The position numbers and the translations under genes are program-made. A stretch of DNA of 64,000 nucleotides. Origin: Mobula hypostoma (lineage: Eukaryota). The notes under the pieces are model-generated. The model was not told the origin of the DNA. It did no database searches and worked only from the letters and a program-made list of their open reading frames with translations. The stretch is taken from NCBI RefSeq assembly GCF_963921235.1, contig NC_086109.1:37016001-37080000 (forward strand), given 5' to 3'. The number at the start of each line of letters is the position of its first letter. The stretch's first letter is position 1. This document shows positions 50,542 through 63,827 of the stretch, piece by piece.

Positions 50542-51779
50542 GTCAAGTCAAGCCAAGGCAAGTCATGTCACTTTTTTTTCGACAATACATAACTGCTGGT
50601 ACAGTACACAGTAAAAATGAGACAACATTTTTCAGGACCATGGTGCTACATGAATAATACAAAAACTACACTGAACTACATAAAAAACAACACAAATCTA
50701 CACTAGACTACAGACCTACCCAGGACTGCATAAAGAGTACAAAACAGTGCAGACATTACAATAAATAATAAAGAAGACAATATGCACAGTAGAGGGCAGT
50801 AGGTTGGTGTCAGTCCAGGCTCTGGGTATTATGGAGTCTGATGACTTAGGTAGATAGATAGATATACTTTATTGATCCTGAGGGAAATTGGGTTTCATTA
50901 CAGCCGCACCAACCAAGAATAGAGCATAAATATAGCAATACAAAAACCACAAACAATCAAACAACAAAATGCAAACTATGCCAGATGACTTGGGGGAAGA
51001 AACTATTACATAGTCTGGTCGTGAAAGCCCAGATACTTCTGTGCCTTTTGCCAGATGGCAGGAGGGAGAAGAGTTTGTATGAGGGGTGCGTGGGGTCCTT
51101 CATAATGCTGTTTGCTTTGCGGATGCAGCGCGTGGTGTGAATGTCTGTAATGGCGGGAAGAGAGACCCCGATGATCTTCTCAGCTGACCTCACTATCTGC
51201 TGCAGGGTCTTGCGATCCGAGATGGTGCAATTTCCGAACCAGGCCGTGATACAGCTGCTCAGGATGCTCTCAATACAACCTCTGTAGAATGTAGTGAGGA
51301 TGGGGGGTGGGAGATGGTCTTTTCTCAGTCTTCGCAGAAAGTAGAGATGCTGTTGGGCTTTCCCTGCTATGGAGCTGCTGTTGAGGGACCAGGTGAGATT
51401 CTCCGCCAGGTGAACACCAAGAAATTTGGTGTTCTTAACAATTTCTATGGAGGAGTCATCGGTGTTCAGCAGAGAGTGGTCATTCCATGTCCTCCTGAAG
51501 TCAACAACCATCTCCTTTGTTTTGTTCACATTCAGAGACAGGTTGTTGGCTCAGCACCAGTCCGTTAGCTGCTGCACCTCCTCTCTGTATACTGACTCGT
51601 CGTTCTTGCTGATGAGTCCCACAACGGTCGTGTCATCTGCGAACTTGAAGATGTGGCTCGAGCTGTGTGTTGCAGCACAATCGAGGGTCAGCAGAGTGAA
51701 CAGCAGTGGACTGAGCACACAGCCCTGGGGGGTCCCCGTGCTCAGTGTGATGGTGTTGGAGATGATGCTTCCAATCCAG
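50542..51779 (-). mobile_element. 5'-truncated Rex1/Babar-like LINE (RT ORFs 51551-51779, 50957-51529)
   Basis: STGTPQGCVLSPLLFTL, FKFADDTTVVGLI, KTKEMVVDFRR, KFLGVHL. (cttga)n tail. Confidence 0.9.
50851..50983 (-). mobile_element. Short retroposed 3' end with (tatc)n tail nested in Rex1
   Basis: TSD gatgactt(a/g)gg at 50840-50850 and 50984-50994. Confidence 0.65.
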
Positions 51780-53589
51780 AAGCTAGTTTTTTCACCAATT
51801 TCATGGTTTCTATCAATCTGTGCGATGTCCATTTAGTGTATTCAAGGCAGGTGAACTCTGATTTGTACCTGATAATATTAAATGTTGGATATTTTATTTT
51901 TTACAAGTATTGCAGCGAATGATACTGCAGCTTTTAGCTGTTGTCTAAAATGTTTTACTGCTGATCGGCAGCAGACAATTTTAGACATGAATAATTCACT
52001 CTAGGAAAATACACTGTTTGCTACTTTTGGCCAGAATTAGTGTGAAAATTCAATGCTAAGTTATCAAGTATCACTGCAAAAGGTCACGTTTATTTGCTCC
52101 CTGCAAGCAAGCTAGAGCAGAATATTTACTTTAAATATATCAGATGAATCATGGAAAACCTGAACACAAAGCAACATATGAAACAGCAATTTTCTTATAA
52201 TCGTTAGGACAGATTGATATAGCTGAAAAAAATATCCTATGAGATTTTAAGTCTATGAATGTGGGCCCAAAATATAAATAATATCAAAGGTATTGCTAAA
52301 ACTACATAAATTATTGGTTAAACTGTAAATAGAATAGCATGCATAGTTTTGCATAAACAACATTACAACATAGGGCAATGCCATAAAAAGAGTACAAGAT
52401 CATCTTTATAACGTGTTCTCAGCAGTGAGATGCCTTTGCTATGAAAAACTAAAACAAAATGGGATTATATTCAGTAGCCAAATAATTCAGGTGCTCAAAA
52501 GTAGGAAACGTTTTGGTGTGAGAAGACAGAAAACGCTACTTTTTGCTGTTTGACAAATTGATGACTCCACCACAAAAATCATAATTAGCTACGAAGTTCT
52601 TCAGCATGAGGCGATAAAAAAAGTTCAAGATTATTAATGAAAAGAAACAGGCAGGGGTTAGCAGGTTCTATTTAAGATCTCCAAGAAGCAGCGCTAGATT
52701 GAAACCAGGATGCACCAGGATGCAAAACAAAAGGGAAAAAGTATTTGATTAGGCAAAATGTAAAAACATGTGAAATATGCAAGGGATAGTGAATGAGTGA
52801 CTCACTCCCTCAGATAAAATGAAATGTTGTGCAAAATTGTATGCTGATTATGTGGACCACAACATCAAGTGGAGATCTTGCTGGCTTTGGACAGATGGAA
52901 TCAATGAACTAAAACATTGTACCATACTAGCAACATGGGTTTTAAATTCACACTTGGGGGACCATTAAATTGTTTGTAATGCCATTGAGCAACCAGCAGT
53001 TTTGAAAGGCACCAGTTAAGATGCAAAAGAAGCATGTTCCTGTTTTTAAAAAAATATTAAAGATGCTTCAGAAAAGCAAATTATCTAAGTTTCCAAATAC
53101 ACTCGAAAATGCTCAGTAAGTTTACCCTGTTCCCTCAGGCCATTTCAGTCAGATAATATTCTTGTTAGCAAAAATGAAAAGCATTAGAAACACACAACTG
53201 GTCTGTCCAATTGAAAGTAGAGAGACAAGTTCAGAAATTCTCAGATATGGACTCTGCAGTAAACTTAACTTCTTACTTTCAATGTTAAATCTTTATCCTA
53301 AATCTGATAAGAGTGATTGAAAGTATTTTATTTTATCAGTCTACTTTTAGCCACTGTGCACTCAAACATGCAGACGTGATTAAGTTCATTGTAAATTTAC
53401 TTGAATGGAAAGATTTAAAACTCTAACAACCTCCAAAGTTGTAGAGGCATGGAATCATACATGAAATAAATGGAAGTCATTCAGCACATCATGACAACAC
53501 ATCAAGCTCCTAGATTCATCCAACTCCTAGTCTAGTATGGAAACTCCATGCCTAGGAATGGGAAAAGTCTACATAAAAAGTTCAACACA

Positions 53590-54525
53590 GGAAAAAATCC
53601 TCCCAACCATTGAGTACATTTACATGGAGCGCTGCCACACGAAAGCAGCACCCCTCATCACCATTCAATCCATGATCTTTTTTTTTTGCTACTACCATCA
53701 GTCAGGAAGTACAGGAGCCTTAGGTCACATGCCAACAGGTTCAGAATCAGATTTAACATCTCCAACATATGTCATGAAATTTGTTAACTTTACGGCAGTG
53801 ATACAATTAAATACATAAAGCATAAATCTAGAGGAAAACAACTGAGTTACATTAAGTGTGTAAGTCCTTAATGGTGAATGCTGCCTACCTGTGGCATCAC
53901 CCCTTGAGGACATCTTGGATATTACAGAGGCTGGTACCCATGATAGAACTGACCAATTTTACAAGTTTCTGCTACTTATTTCAATCTTGTACCATAGCAA
54001 CACCGCCCCCCCCACTCTACCCCATATCAGATAGCGATGCAGCCGGTCAGAATGCTCTCTATGGTACATATGTAGAAGTTTGAGTGTTTTTATGGCAAAC
54101 CAAATCCCTTCAAAGTCCTAATGAACTATAGCCGCTGACTGGCCTTCTTGATGGCTGTATCAATACATTGCTTCCAGATTAGGTCCTCAATGATATCTTC
54201 TGAGTTAAGTCCTTAGTTCAGGAGTAGTTATTACCCTACAACAATCAGGCTCCCGAATCAACATGTATAACTTCACCCACCACAGCTTTGAACTGATTCC
54301 ATACCCTACAGACTGACTTCCAAGGGCTCTACAACCCACGCAGTCAGTATTATTTATATTTTATTTGCACAATTTATCATCCTTTGCACATTAGCTGTTT
54401 GTCAGTCATTATTTTTCATAAATTCTATTGTACTTCTTATTTTCCTGTAAATGCCTGGAAGAAAATTAATCTCTCAGCAGTATATCGTAACATATATGTA
54501 CTTTGATAATAAATTGACTCTGACA
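53590..54525. mobile_element. Nested Rex1-like 3' fragments (+ copy split by a - copy at about 53740-54200)
   Basis: ILPTIEYIYMERCHTKAA. Inverted tail tcagaatcagatttaac. The plus copy resumes at gttcaggagtagttattaccc. Confidence 0.65.
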
Positions 54526-57396
54526 TGGATTTCCAGTTCTGCAGCCTTACAGGTTATAATCTTCATGAATTTGTCCACATAACATTTCGATGTGTATAAT
54601 AATGATCTCCTCTTCCCAGGAGAGGAAGAGGCCCGATTTATTTTGTCGGATTCATTGTATTATCTGGCATATCTGTACTTTTATGGGTGCATGCAGTACA
54701 GTCTGGAGAAAGTGATTTATTGGATACAGAATATAGGATAGCCTGTATTTCCCATTGGAGTAACTCTACTTGGAACCCGTGTCACTTCAACACTCAGCAA
54801 GTTTTGCTTCTTGGCACAAGCCCAAGAAGAAATTCAGTAGCTTTCTCAAACTCGCTCAGCTTGCAGCATCAAAACAGCTATGGTTCCCCAGCCTGACTCC
54901 CTGCTGAAAGCCAAGCAGCTCCTCTCCTATATAAAGATGAACCCAAAGCCACAAAATAGTCTGGGGTCAGAGAACCCAGTCTTCGAACAAATTCTGACAA
55001 AAGGGCTAATGCTTACATTCTGTATGCAGTTCATGCCTCCATTTGCTTTGATAGCTTCACTTCAGGCTCAGTCTGAGAAATTCTTTGTCCTCCTTCTTCT
55101 GAGCCTTATCTGTCTCCATGTTGATTACTGGATGTCATTGAACCTTTCATTTCCCAGGAGGGAAAGGAACCTCAGCAGAATTCAGGCTAAAAATACTCAT
55201 GTGAAGCAGTGCAAAATGGAAAAAAAAGACTATTTTTGTTTGATATATTTTGCTTCTGTATCAAACATGCCAAAGCAAAGATTGAATTGCATATGGCTTC
55301 ATTAATGTGTGAGTGCGTGGTGCTGGCATCGCGGTTTTATTCTGGCCTTTAGGCTATTTTTAATGCTATTGATTGAAGGAAGAATTCCCTTCCTTTTATT
55401 ATTTAAAGTCTGTTGGTAATTCACTTCAGATTCCATTTATTCCCAGATGTTCTGAACAGTTGCTAAGTGTTTTATTTTTATTTCACACCAGTAGTACAAA
55501 GGCTAAATGAGAGCCTAACCCTCAACAACAAAAAAAATGTGCATGGAATCACAATGAATGGTTAGTCCATGAGCAGTGAATGTAACACAGATATTCTGAG
55601 CTCACTGCTTTTTATCTGGACAGCTGAAAGCCAGACAATGTTAACCAGATTATACTGTATACTGGCTTCACGCATCAGCAAGGGAACCATTGCCTGGTTA
55701 CTTGGTAAGCCGGTCCCCACTTTGCATGTCTGCATTCCTAAAGGAAAGATGTACAGTATTGTGATTGCTGGCAGTGTTCACGTTGTCCGTCATGATGCTG
55801 AGGAGCAAAGAAAAGTGGTTGACCAGTGGTCATGTGTCAATGCTGTACTGCAAGTCTTGTTCAGAGTGAAAAGGTTTTTCTTTGTAGTTAGAGGAGAAAG
55901 CCCTGCAGAGACATGATGTGAGGTAGAAATAGAAAAAGTTGGAAACATGATTATTGGAACAATTAGCCACAATGACAAAAGTCAGCAGTTAGCTCCAAAG
56001 GTGAGGCACAGTACTGAGGTCTTATATTAGACCATAAGACAAAGGAGCAGAAGTCGACCATTCCGCCCATCAGGTCTTCTCTGGCATTTTATCATGAGCT
56101 GATCCATTCTCCCATTTAGTCCCACTCCCCTGCCTTCTCACTAATAACCCTTGATGTCCTGGCTGCTCAGATACCTATCAATCTCTGCCTTAAATAAATA
56201 CACCCAATGACTTGGCCTCCACTGCCGCCCGTGGCAACAAATTCCACAGATTCGCAACCCTCTGGCTGAAAAAATTTTTTTGCATCTCTGTTCTGAATGG
56301 GCGCCCTTCAATCCTTAAGTCATGCCCTCTCATACTAGGCTCCCCCACCATAGGAATTTTGCCACATCCACTCTGTCTATGCCTTTCAACATTCGAAATA
56401 TTTCTGTGAGGTCCCCCCTCATTCTTCTAAACTCCAAGGAATACAGTCCAAGAGTGGACAAATGTTCCTCATATGTTAACCCTCTCATTCCCGGAATCAT
56501 TCTAGTGAATCTTCTTTGAACCCTCTCCAACGTCAGCACATCCTTTCTTAAATAAGGAGCCCAACACTGCCCACAGTACTCCAAGTGAGCTCTTACCAGT
56601 GGCAGATAGAGCCTCAACATCACATCCCTGCTCCTATACTGTATTCCTCTAGAAATGAATGCCAACATTGCATTTGCCTTCTTCACCACTGACTCAACCT
56701 GGAGGTTAACCTTAAGGGTATCCTGCACGAGGACTCCCAAATCCCATTGCATCTCAGAACTTTGAATTCTCTCCCCATTTAAATAACAGTCTGCCTGTTT
56801 ATTTCTTCTGCCAAAGTGCATAACCGTACACTTTCCAACATTGTATTTCATTTGCCACTTCTTTGCCCATTCTCCCAATCTATCCAAGTCTTCTCTGCAG
56901 ACTCTGTTTCCTCAGCACTACCAGCCCCTCTACCTATCTTTGTATCATCAGCAAACTTAGCCACAAAGCCGTCTATTCCATAATCCAAATCGTTGATATA
57001 CAACATAAAAAGAAGCGGACGCTTGTGGAGCACCAATGGTAACTGGCAGCCAACCAGAATAGGATCCTTTTATTCCCACTCTGTTTCTTGCCAATCAGCC
57101 AACGTATGTAACTTTCCCATAATTCCATGGGCTCTTATCTTGTTAAGCAGCCTCATGTGTGGCACCTTGGATTTATCTGAAAATCCAAATATACAACATC
57201 CACTGCATCTCCCTTGTCTAACCTACTTATAATTTCCTCAAAAAAATTGCAATAGATATGTCAGGCAGGATTTTCCTTTAAGGAAACCATGCTGAGTTCT
57301 ACCTATCTTGTCATATGCCTCCAGGTACTCCGTAACCTCATCCTTGACAATCGACTCCAAGAACTTCCCAACCACCGATGTCAAGCTAACCGGTCT

Positions 57397-59651
57397 CACT
57401 CCTTCCGAACCTTGTTCCCATTCCAACCTCACTCCTTCCGAACGCTCTGCTCTCCACTCCCTCCGCACTAATCTTAACCTTACTATAAAACCGGCCGATA
57501 AGGGGGGTGCTTTTGTAGTCTGGCATACTGACCTCTACCTTGCCAAGGCACAGCGACAACTCGCAGATACCTCCTCTCATTTACCCCTCGATCGTGACCC
57601 CACTAAGGAGCACCAGGCCATTGTCTCCCACACCTTCATCGACTTTATCCGTTCAGGGGATCTCCCACCCACTGCTATCAAACTTATAGTTCCCACACCC
57701 CACACTTCCCGTTTCTACCTCCTATCCAAGATCCACAAACCTGCCTGTCCTGGTAGACCTATTGTCTCAGCTTGCTCCTGCCACACCAAACTCATTTCTG
57801 CATACCTCGACACTGTCTTATCCCCCCTTGTTCAATCCCTTCCTACCTATGTTTGTCACACTTCTCATGCTCTGAAACTTTAAGTTTCCTGGCTCCCACC
57901 GCTTTATTTTCACCACGGATGTCCAGTCCCTATATACTTCCATCCCCCATCAGGAAAGTCTCAAAGCTCTCCGCTTCTTTTTGGATTCCAGACCTAACCA
58001 CTTCCCCTCTACCACCACTCTGCTCTGTCTAGCCAAATTAGTCCTTACTGTTAATAATTTCTCCTTTGGCTCCTCCCACTTCCTCCAAACTAAACGTGTA
58101 GCCATGGGCACCCATATGGGTCCCAGCTATGCCTGCCTTTTTGCTAGCTTTGTGGAACAGTCCATGTTCCAAGCCTATACCTGTATCCGTCCCCCACTTT
58201 TCCTTCGCTACATCAACGACTGCATTGGCGCTGCTTCCTGCACACATGCTGAGCTCGTTGACTTCATTAACTTTGCCGCCAACTTTCACCCTGCCCTCAA
58301 GTTTACCTGGTCCATTTCCGACACCTTCCTCCCTTTTCTAGATCTTTCTGTCTCTAATCTCTGGAGACAGCTTATCTACTGATGTCTGCTATAAGCCTAC
58401 TGACTCTCACAGCTATCTGGACTATTCCTCTTCTCGCCCTGTCTCTTGCAAAAATGCCATCCCCTTCTCGCAATTCCTCCGTCTCTGCCACATCTGCTCT
58501 CAGGATGAGGTTTTTTATTCCAGGATGAAGGAGACGTCCTCCTTTTTTAAAGAAAAGGGCTTCCCTTCCTCCACCGTCCACTCTGCTCTCAAGCGCATCT
58601 CCCCCATTTCACGCACATCTGCTGTCACTCCATCCTCCTGCCACCCCACTGGGAATAGGGTTCCCCCATGTCCTCACCTACCACCCCACCAGCCTCTGGG
58701 TCCAACATATAATTCTCCGTAACTTCCGCCACCTCCAACGGGATTCCACCTCTAAGCATATCTTTCCCTACCCCCCCCCCACTTTCCGCAGGGATCGCTC
58801 CCTACGTGACTCCCTTGTCCATTCGTCTCCCCCGTCCCTCCCCACCGATCTCCCTCCTGGCACTTATCCTTGGAACAAGTGCTACACATGTCCTTACACA
58901 TCCTCCCTCACTACCATTCAGGGCCCCAGACAGTCCTTCCAGGTGAGGCGACACTTCACCTGTGAGTCGGCTGGGGTGATATGCTGCGTCCGGTACTCCC
59001 AATGTGGCCTCTTTATTTATTGGAGAGACCCGACGCAGACTGGGAGATCATTTTGCTGAAAACCTACGCTCTGTCCACCAGAGAAAGCAGGATCTCCCAG
59101 TGGCCACACATTTTAATTCCACATCCCATTCCCATTCTGATATGTCTATCCATGGCCTCCTCTACTGTAAAGATGAAGCCACACTCAGGTTGGAGGAACA
59201 ACACCTTATATTCTGTCTGGGTAACCTCCAATCTGATGGCATGAACATTGACTTCTCAAACTGCCGCTAATGCCCCACCTCCCCCTCGTACCCCATCCGT
59301 TATTTATTTATATACACATAATATTTTTCTCTCTCTCCTTTTTCTCCCTCTGACCCCTCACTATACCCAGTGCCCATCCTCTAGGCTTCCCCCTCCCCTT
59401 TTCTTTCTCTCTAGGCCACCTGTCTCATGATCCTCTCATATCCCTTTTGCCAATCAACTGTCCAGCTCTTGGCTCCATCCCTCCCCCTCCTGTCTTCTCC
59501 TATCATTTCAGATCTACCCACTTTCAAATCTCTTACTAGCTCTTCTTTCAGTTAGTCCTGACGAAGGGTCTTGGCTCGAAACATCGACTGCACCTCTTCC
59601 TATAAATACTGCCTGGCCTGCTGCGTTCACCAGCAACTTTTATGTGTGTTG
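57397..59651 (+). mobile_element. Penelope-like element, 5'-truncated (RT + GIY-YIG endonuclease + 3' terminal repeat)
   Basis: IKPADKGG, GRPIVS, AMGTHMGPSYACLF, RYINDC, LPFLDL, FIGETRRRLGDHFAEN. TSD cggtct at 57391-57396 and 59652-59657. Confidence 0.93.
59554..59589 (+). ncRNA. Minimal hammerhead ribozyme motif in the Penelope 3' repeat
   Basis: agtc-CTGACGA-A-gggt-cttg-gctc-GAAAC-ATC-gact. The core boxes are canonical; the stem III CpG has decayed. Confidence 0.65.
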
Positions 59652-61298
59652 CGGTCTATAATTTCCTTTTTGCTTCATTGCCCCCTTCTTAAATAGCGGA
59701 GTGATATTTGCAATCTTCCAGTCCTCCGCAACCATGCCAGAATCTATTGACTTCTGAAAGATCATTGCTAATGCCTCTGCAATCTCCACAGCTACTTCCT
59801 TCGGAACACGAGGGTGCATTCCATCTGATCTGTGAGATTTATCTACCCTTAGGCTATTCAGCTTCCTGAGTGCTTTCTCTGTCGTAATTGTGACTGTGCA
59901 CACTTCTCTTCCCTGACACCCTTGAATGTCCGGTATACTGCTGATGTCTTCCTCAGTGAAGACTGATGCAAAATACTCGTTCAGTTCCTCTGCCATCTCC
60001 CTATCTCCTATTACAATTTCTATCTGGCCTATATCTACTCTCATCTGTCTTTTACTCCTTATATACTTGAAAAAGCTTTTAGTATCCTCTTTGGTATTAC
60101 TTGCTAGCTTCTTTTCATAGTTTATCTTTTCCCTCTTAATGATCTTCTTAGTTTCCTTTTGTAAGCTTTTAGAAACTTCCCAATCCTCTGTCTTCCCACT
60201 ATTTTTTGCTTCCTTGTATGCCCTCTCCTTTGTTTTAACTTTGGCTTTGATTTCTCTTATCAGTCACGGCTGCATCATTTTTCCATTCGAAAATTTCTTC
60301 TTTTTTGGAATATATTTGTCTTGCACCTTCCTCACTTCTCGCATAAATTCCAGCCACTGCTGCTCTGCTGTCCTTCCCACTAGTGTCCCTTTCCAGTCAA
60401 CTTTGGCCAGTTCCTCTCTCATGCCACTGTGATTTCCTTTACTCCACCGAAATACTGACACATTGGATTTTAGCTTCTCTTTCTCAAATTTCACAGTGAA
60501 CTCAATCATGTTAGGATCACTGCCTCCTAAGGGTTCCTTCACCTCAATCTCTCTAATCACCTCTGAGTCGTTACACAATACCCAATCCAGTACAGCCGAT
60601 CCCCTAGTGGGCTCAACAACAAGCTGTTCTAAAAAGCCATCTCGCAGACATTCTACAAATTCTCTCTCTTGAGATCCACTGCCGACCTGATTTTCCCAAT
60701 CCACTGGTATCATAACACTGCCCTTCTGACTAGCCTTTTCTATCTCCTGTTGTAATTTGTAGTCCACATCATTGCAGCTGTTAGGAGGCCTGTACATAAC
60801 TGCCATCAGCGTCCTTTTACCCCTGCAATTTTTTAGCTCAACCCATAAAGGTTCTATACCTTCTGATCCCATGTCACCGCTTTCTAATGATTTAATATCA
60901 TTTCTTACCAATAAAGCCATGCTCCCCGCCGCCTACCTGCCTATCTTTCCGATACACCATGTATCCGTGGACGTCCGGCTCCCATAGACATGCATCCTTT
61001 TGCCACGTCTCAGTGATGGCCACAATATCATATCTGCCAATCTGTAGCTGTACGACAAGATCATCCACCTTATTCCTTATGCTGCGTGCATTTAAGTATA
61101 ACACCTTAAGACCAATATTTGGTATTTTTTGCTTTGATTGCACTGCAACCTTATTGCACTGCAACTCATCCCAATGGCTGCAAATTTGCCCCATCACCTG
61201 CCTGTCCTTCCTGACATCTTTACTGCTCATTATCTTAGATTTATTTCTGTTTTCCCCTTCCTCCGCTCTATCATTCTGGTTCCCATCCCCCTGCCAAA

Positions 61299-62198
61299 TT
61301 AGTTTAAACCCTCCCTAACAGCTCTATTAAACCTTCCCGCCAGGATATTGATCCCCTTCGGGTTCAGATGTAACCCGTCATTTTTGAACAGGTCGTACTT
61401 CCCCCAGAAGAGATCCCAATGATCCAAGAATCTGAAGCCCTGCCCCCAGCACCAGTCACTCAGCCACACATTCATATGCCTGGTCCTACTATTCTTGCCC
61501 TCGCTAGCACATAGCACAGGTAGCAATCCTGAGATTACTACCCTGGAGGTCCTGCTTCTCAGCTTCCTTCCTAACTTCCGGAAATCTCTCCTCAGGACCT
61601 CCTCCCTTTTCCTATCTATGTCATTGGTACCAACATGTACCAAGACAACTGGCTGCTCGCCCTCTCCCTTCAGAATATTTTGGACCCGATCCGAGACATC
61701 CAGTACCCTGGCACCTGGGAGGCAACACACCATGCGGGTATCTCTATCAGGCTCACAGAATCTCCTGTCTGTTCCCCTGACTATGGAATCCCCTATGACT
61801 ACCACATTCCTCTTCTCCCTCCTTCCCTCCTGCACAACAGTGCCAGGTTCACTGCTGGAGATCCGGTCACCGTAGCCGTCCCCTGTCAGGTCATCCCCCT
61901 CAACAGCATCCAAAACGAGATACTTGTTGCTGAGGGGGGCAGCCACAGGGGTGCTCTCCACTATCTGGGCATTTTTCTTCCCTCTCCTGACAGTCACCCA
62001 GTTTTCTGACCCCCGTAGCCTAGGGATGACTACCTCCCTGTAGCTCCTGTCTATCACCTCTTCACTTTCCCTGACAAGCAGTAGGTTATCAAGCTGCAGC
62101 TCCAGATCCCTAACAGGGTTTCTGAGGCGCTGCATCTCGGTGCACCTGGCACAGATGTGGCCATCAGGGAGGCTGGAGGTCTCCCAGGATTCCCACAT
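61299..62198 (-). pseudogene. CR1 ORF1 (ZnF/coiled coil + SGNH esterase), 299-aa open frame, extreme N-terminus frameshifted
   Basis: HICARC, GDS...G...GTND...DGLH SGNH blocks. Confidence 0.85.
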
Positions 62199-63291
62199 CT
62201 GACACCCTGAACAAGCACTAACCCTGCAGGCATGCTACCTAATTCAACAGGAATGAAACAAGGAAAAATAAGTCTACTCACCCACTTACCTCGCCAAACA
62301 CACAAACTTTTTAAACTGTTAGCTTGTACCATTAGCTGTGTGAGTCCCTCTGTTCCTCTGTCTGTCCAGGCAGATTCGTTAAGGGAAAAAAAAAATTGGT
62401 GCCTCGCTCTCACCTCTCCCCTTTTCTGCCTAAGCCCATTGAGCCAAAGCCCTACACTCTGCTACCACTCATTCTGCTGCCCGCTCCAAGCTGTATAGGG
62501 CGGTCTCCTTTTTAAACTTTCCATACTGTCCTGTCTATGTCACATGCCTGTGCAGTCTCGTCCTTCTTGAACTCGAAGAAGTTTTTTTAAAAAGTGCCTT
62601 CTTCAGAATTCAGCTCTCACGCCGCTCTTCTTGTCCCAATCCAAGAAACAGCCGTTGGAAGTCCCTTTCCTTTTTAAACTCTCCATGCTGTCCTGTCTAC
62701 ATCACACGCCTGCGCAGCACAATTAGACAATGTCCATGGGTACATGTTCCCAATGCCACTGAATATCTGAAGGCACTCAATTCCTCATCACTTGTTTCTA
62801 GCAGCCTTCTCAAACTCCACATTCTCCACATCTTGTGCACATTGCTAACCATTCATCCCTGCCAACTATGCCACCTGTATAAATGGTACAACACTACTGA
62901 TACCCTCACAGTAGAATTGGTACACAATTGGCTACTGTAACAAATTGCAAAGGGTGAGGCAAATGTGCATGACCCATCTCCAGCAGAGGAGAGAGTGTTG
63001 ACTGTTGTCAATATTGAGGTTTTTATTGAGCTAAGGCTGCCATCAATCAAATGATTGCATTGTCATTCTATATTCTCCTATAAAAATGCTACTTTTCTTT
63101 TCGACCCTCCTGAACCTCTATTTGCAGAATACATAACCATACTCCTCTGAATTCCCTGTCAATTTGCTTCAGAACCTTAGTTTTCTTATTTCTCCATTTA
63201 AAATACTCCACAACTAGGTTATTGGAAGCCAGTGGATGAATGGGAAGAGGAACAAAAGAATGTAGAACATTTTCACTCATTCCCACTCACA

Positions 63292-63424
63292 GGTCCTGAT
63301 AAAGGGTTTCAGCCCTAAATATTGACTGCTTCTTGCACTCCATAGATGCTGCCTGACCTGTTGAGTTCCTCCAACATATTGTGTGCATTGCTCTGGATTT
63401 CCAGCAACTGCAGAATCTCTTGTA
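63292..63424 (+). mobile_element. Penelope terminal-repeat fragment
   Basis: gtcctgataaagggtttcagccctaaatattgactg...gatgctgcctgacctgttgagttcc. Confidence 0.75.
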
Positions 63425-63827
63425 CATAGATACTGATATTGTACATAATTTTGAAGATTAGGTTAGATTATGCTAGATTATATTAGGTTAGGAGGTGTCA
63501 TGTTGGTGAGATCCACAGGTGCTGAGATACTGGCCACGTGGACTCCAACTGGAACGGAGACAGTAAGGAGCAGTTGCCAGCTCACAACACACACATTGAT
63601 CTGTCAAAAGCACAGATGAGGACATTGAGGAGCCTAGATTCAGAAGAAAGCTGATGGCAATCACACCAGAGTTTCTGGCGCTTTGGGAAGACTGCCATAT
63701 AGCCGGTTATAAAGAGGTCTGGCACGATGATGGCGCAGGAGTTATGTGGAGCTTGTAACTTATCCTTTCAAGTATGGAGATGGTTGTACCTTCATCAACA
63801 CAGTTGCAGACCTAGGCTCCAAGCTTG

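Larger units (their letters stand above)
56029..62720 (-). mobile_element. Full-length CR1 LINE (ORF1 61299-62234, decayed ORF2) split by a Penelope insertion
   Basis: ORF1 has IGDSIVRG, VHVGTND, DGLHLN. ORF2 has LNARSIRNK, MYRPPNS, NYRP|VSLTSVVGK, FADDTK. agaccataagac tail. Confidence 0.92.

Noticed and set aside
54880..55305. 141-aa ORF
   Set aside because: No recognisable domain, and the composition fits a chance ORF.
61299..62198. Domesticated esterase gene
   Set aside because: It is ordinary CR1 ORF1 within a full element, with an N-terminal frameshift.
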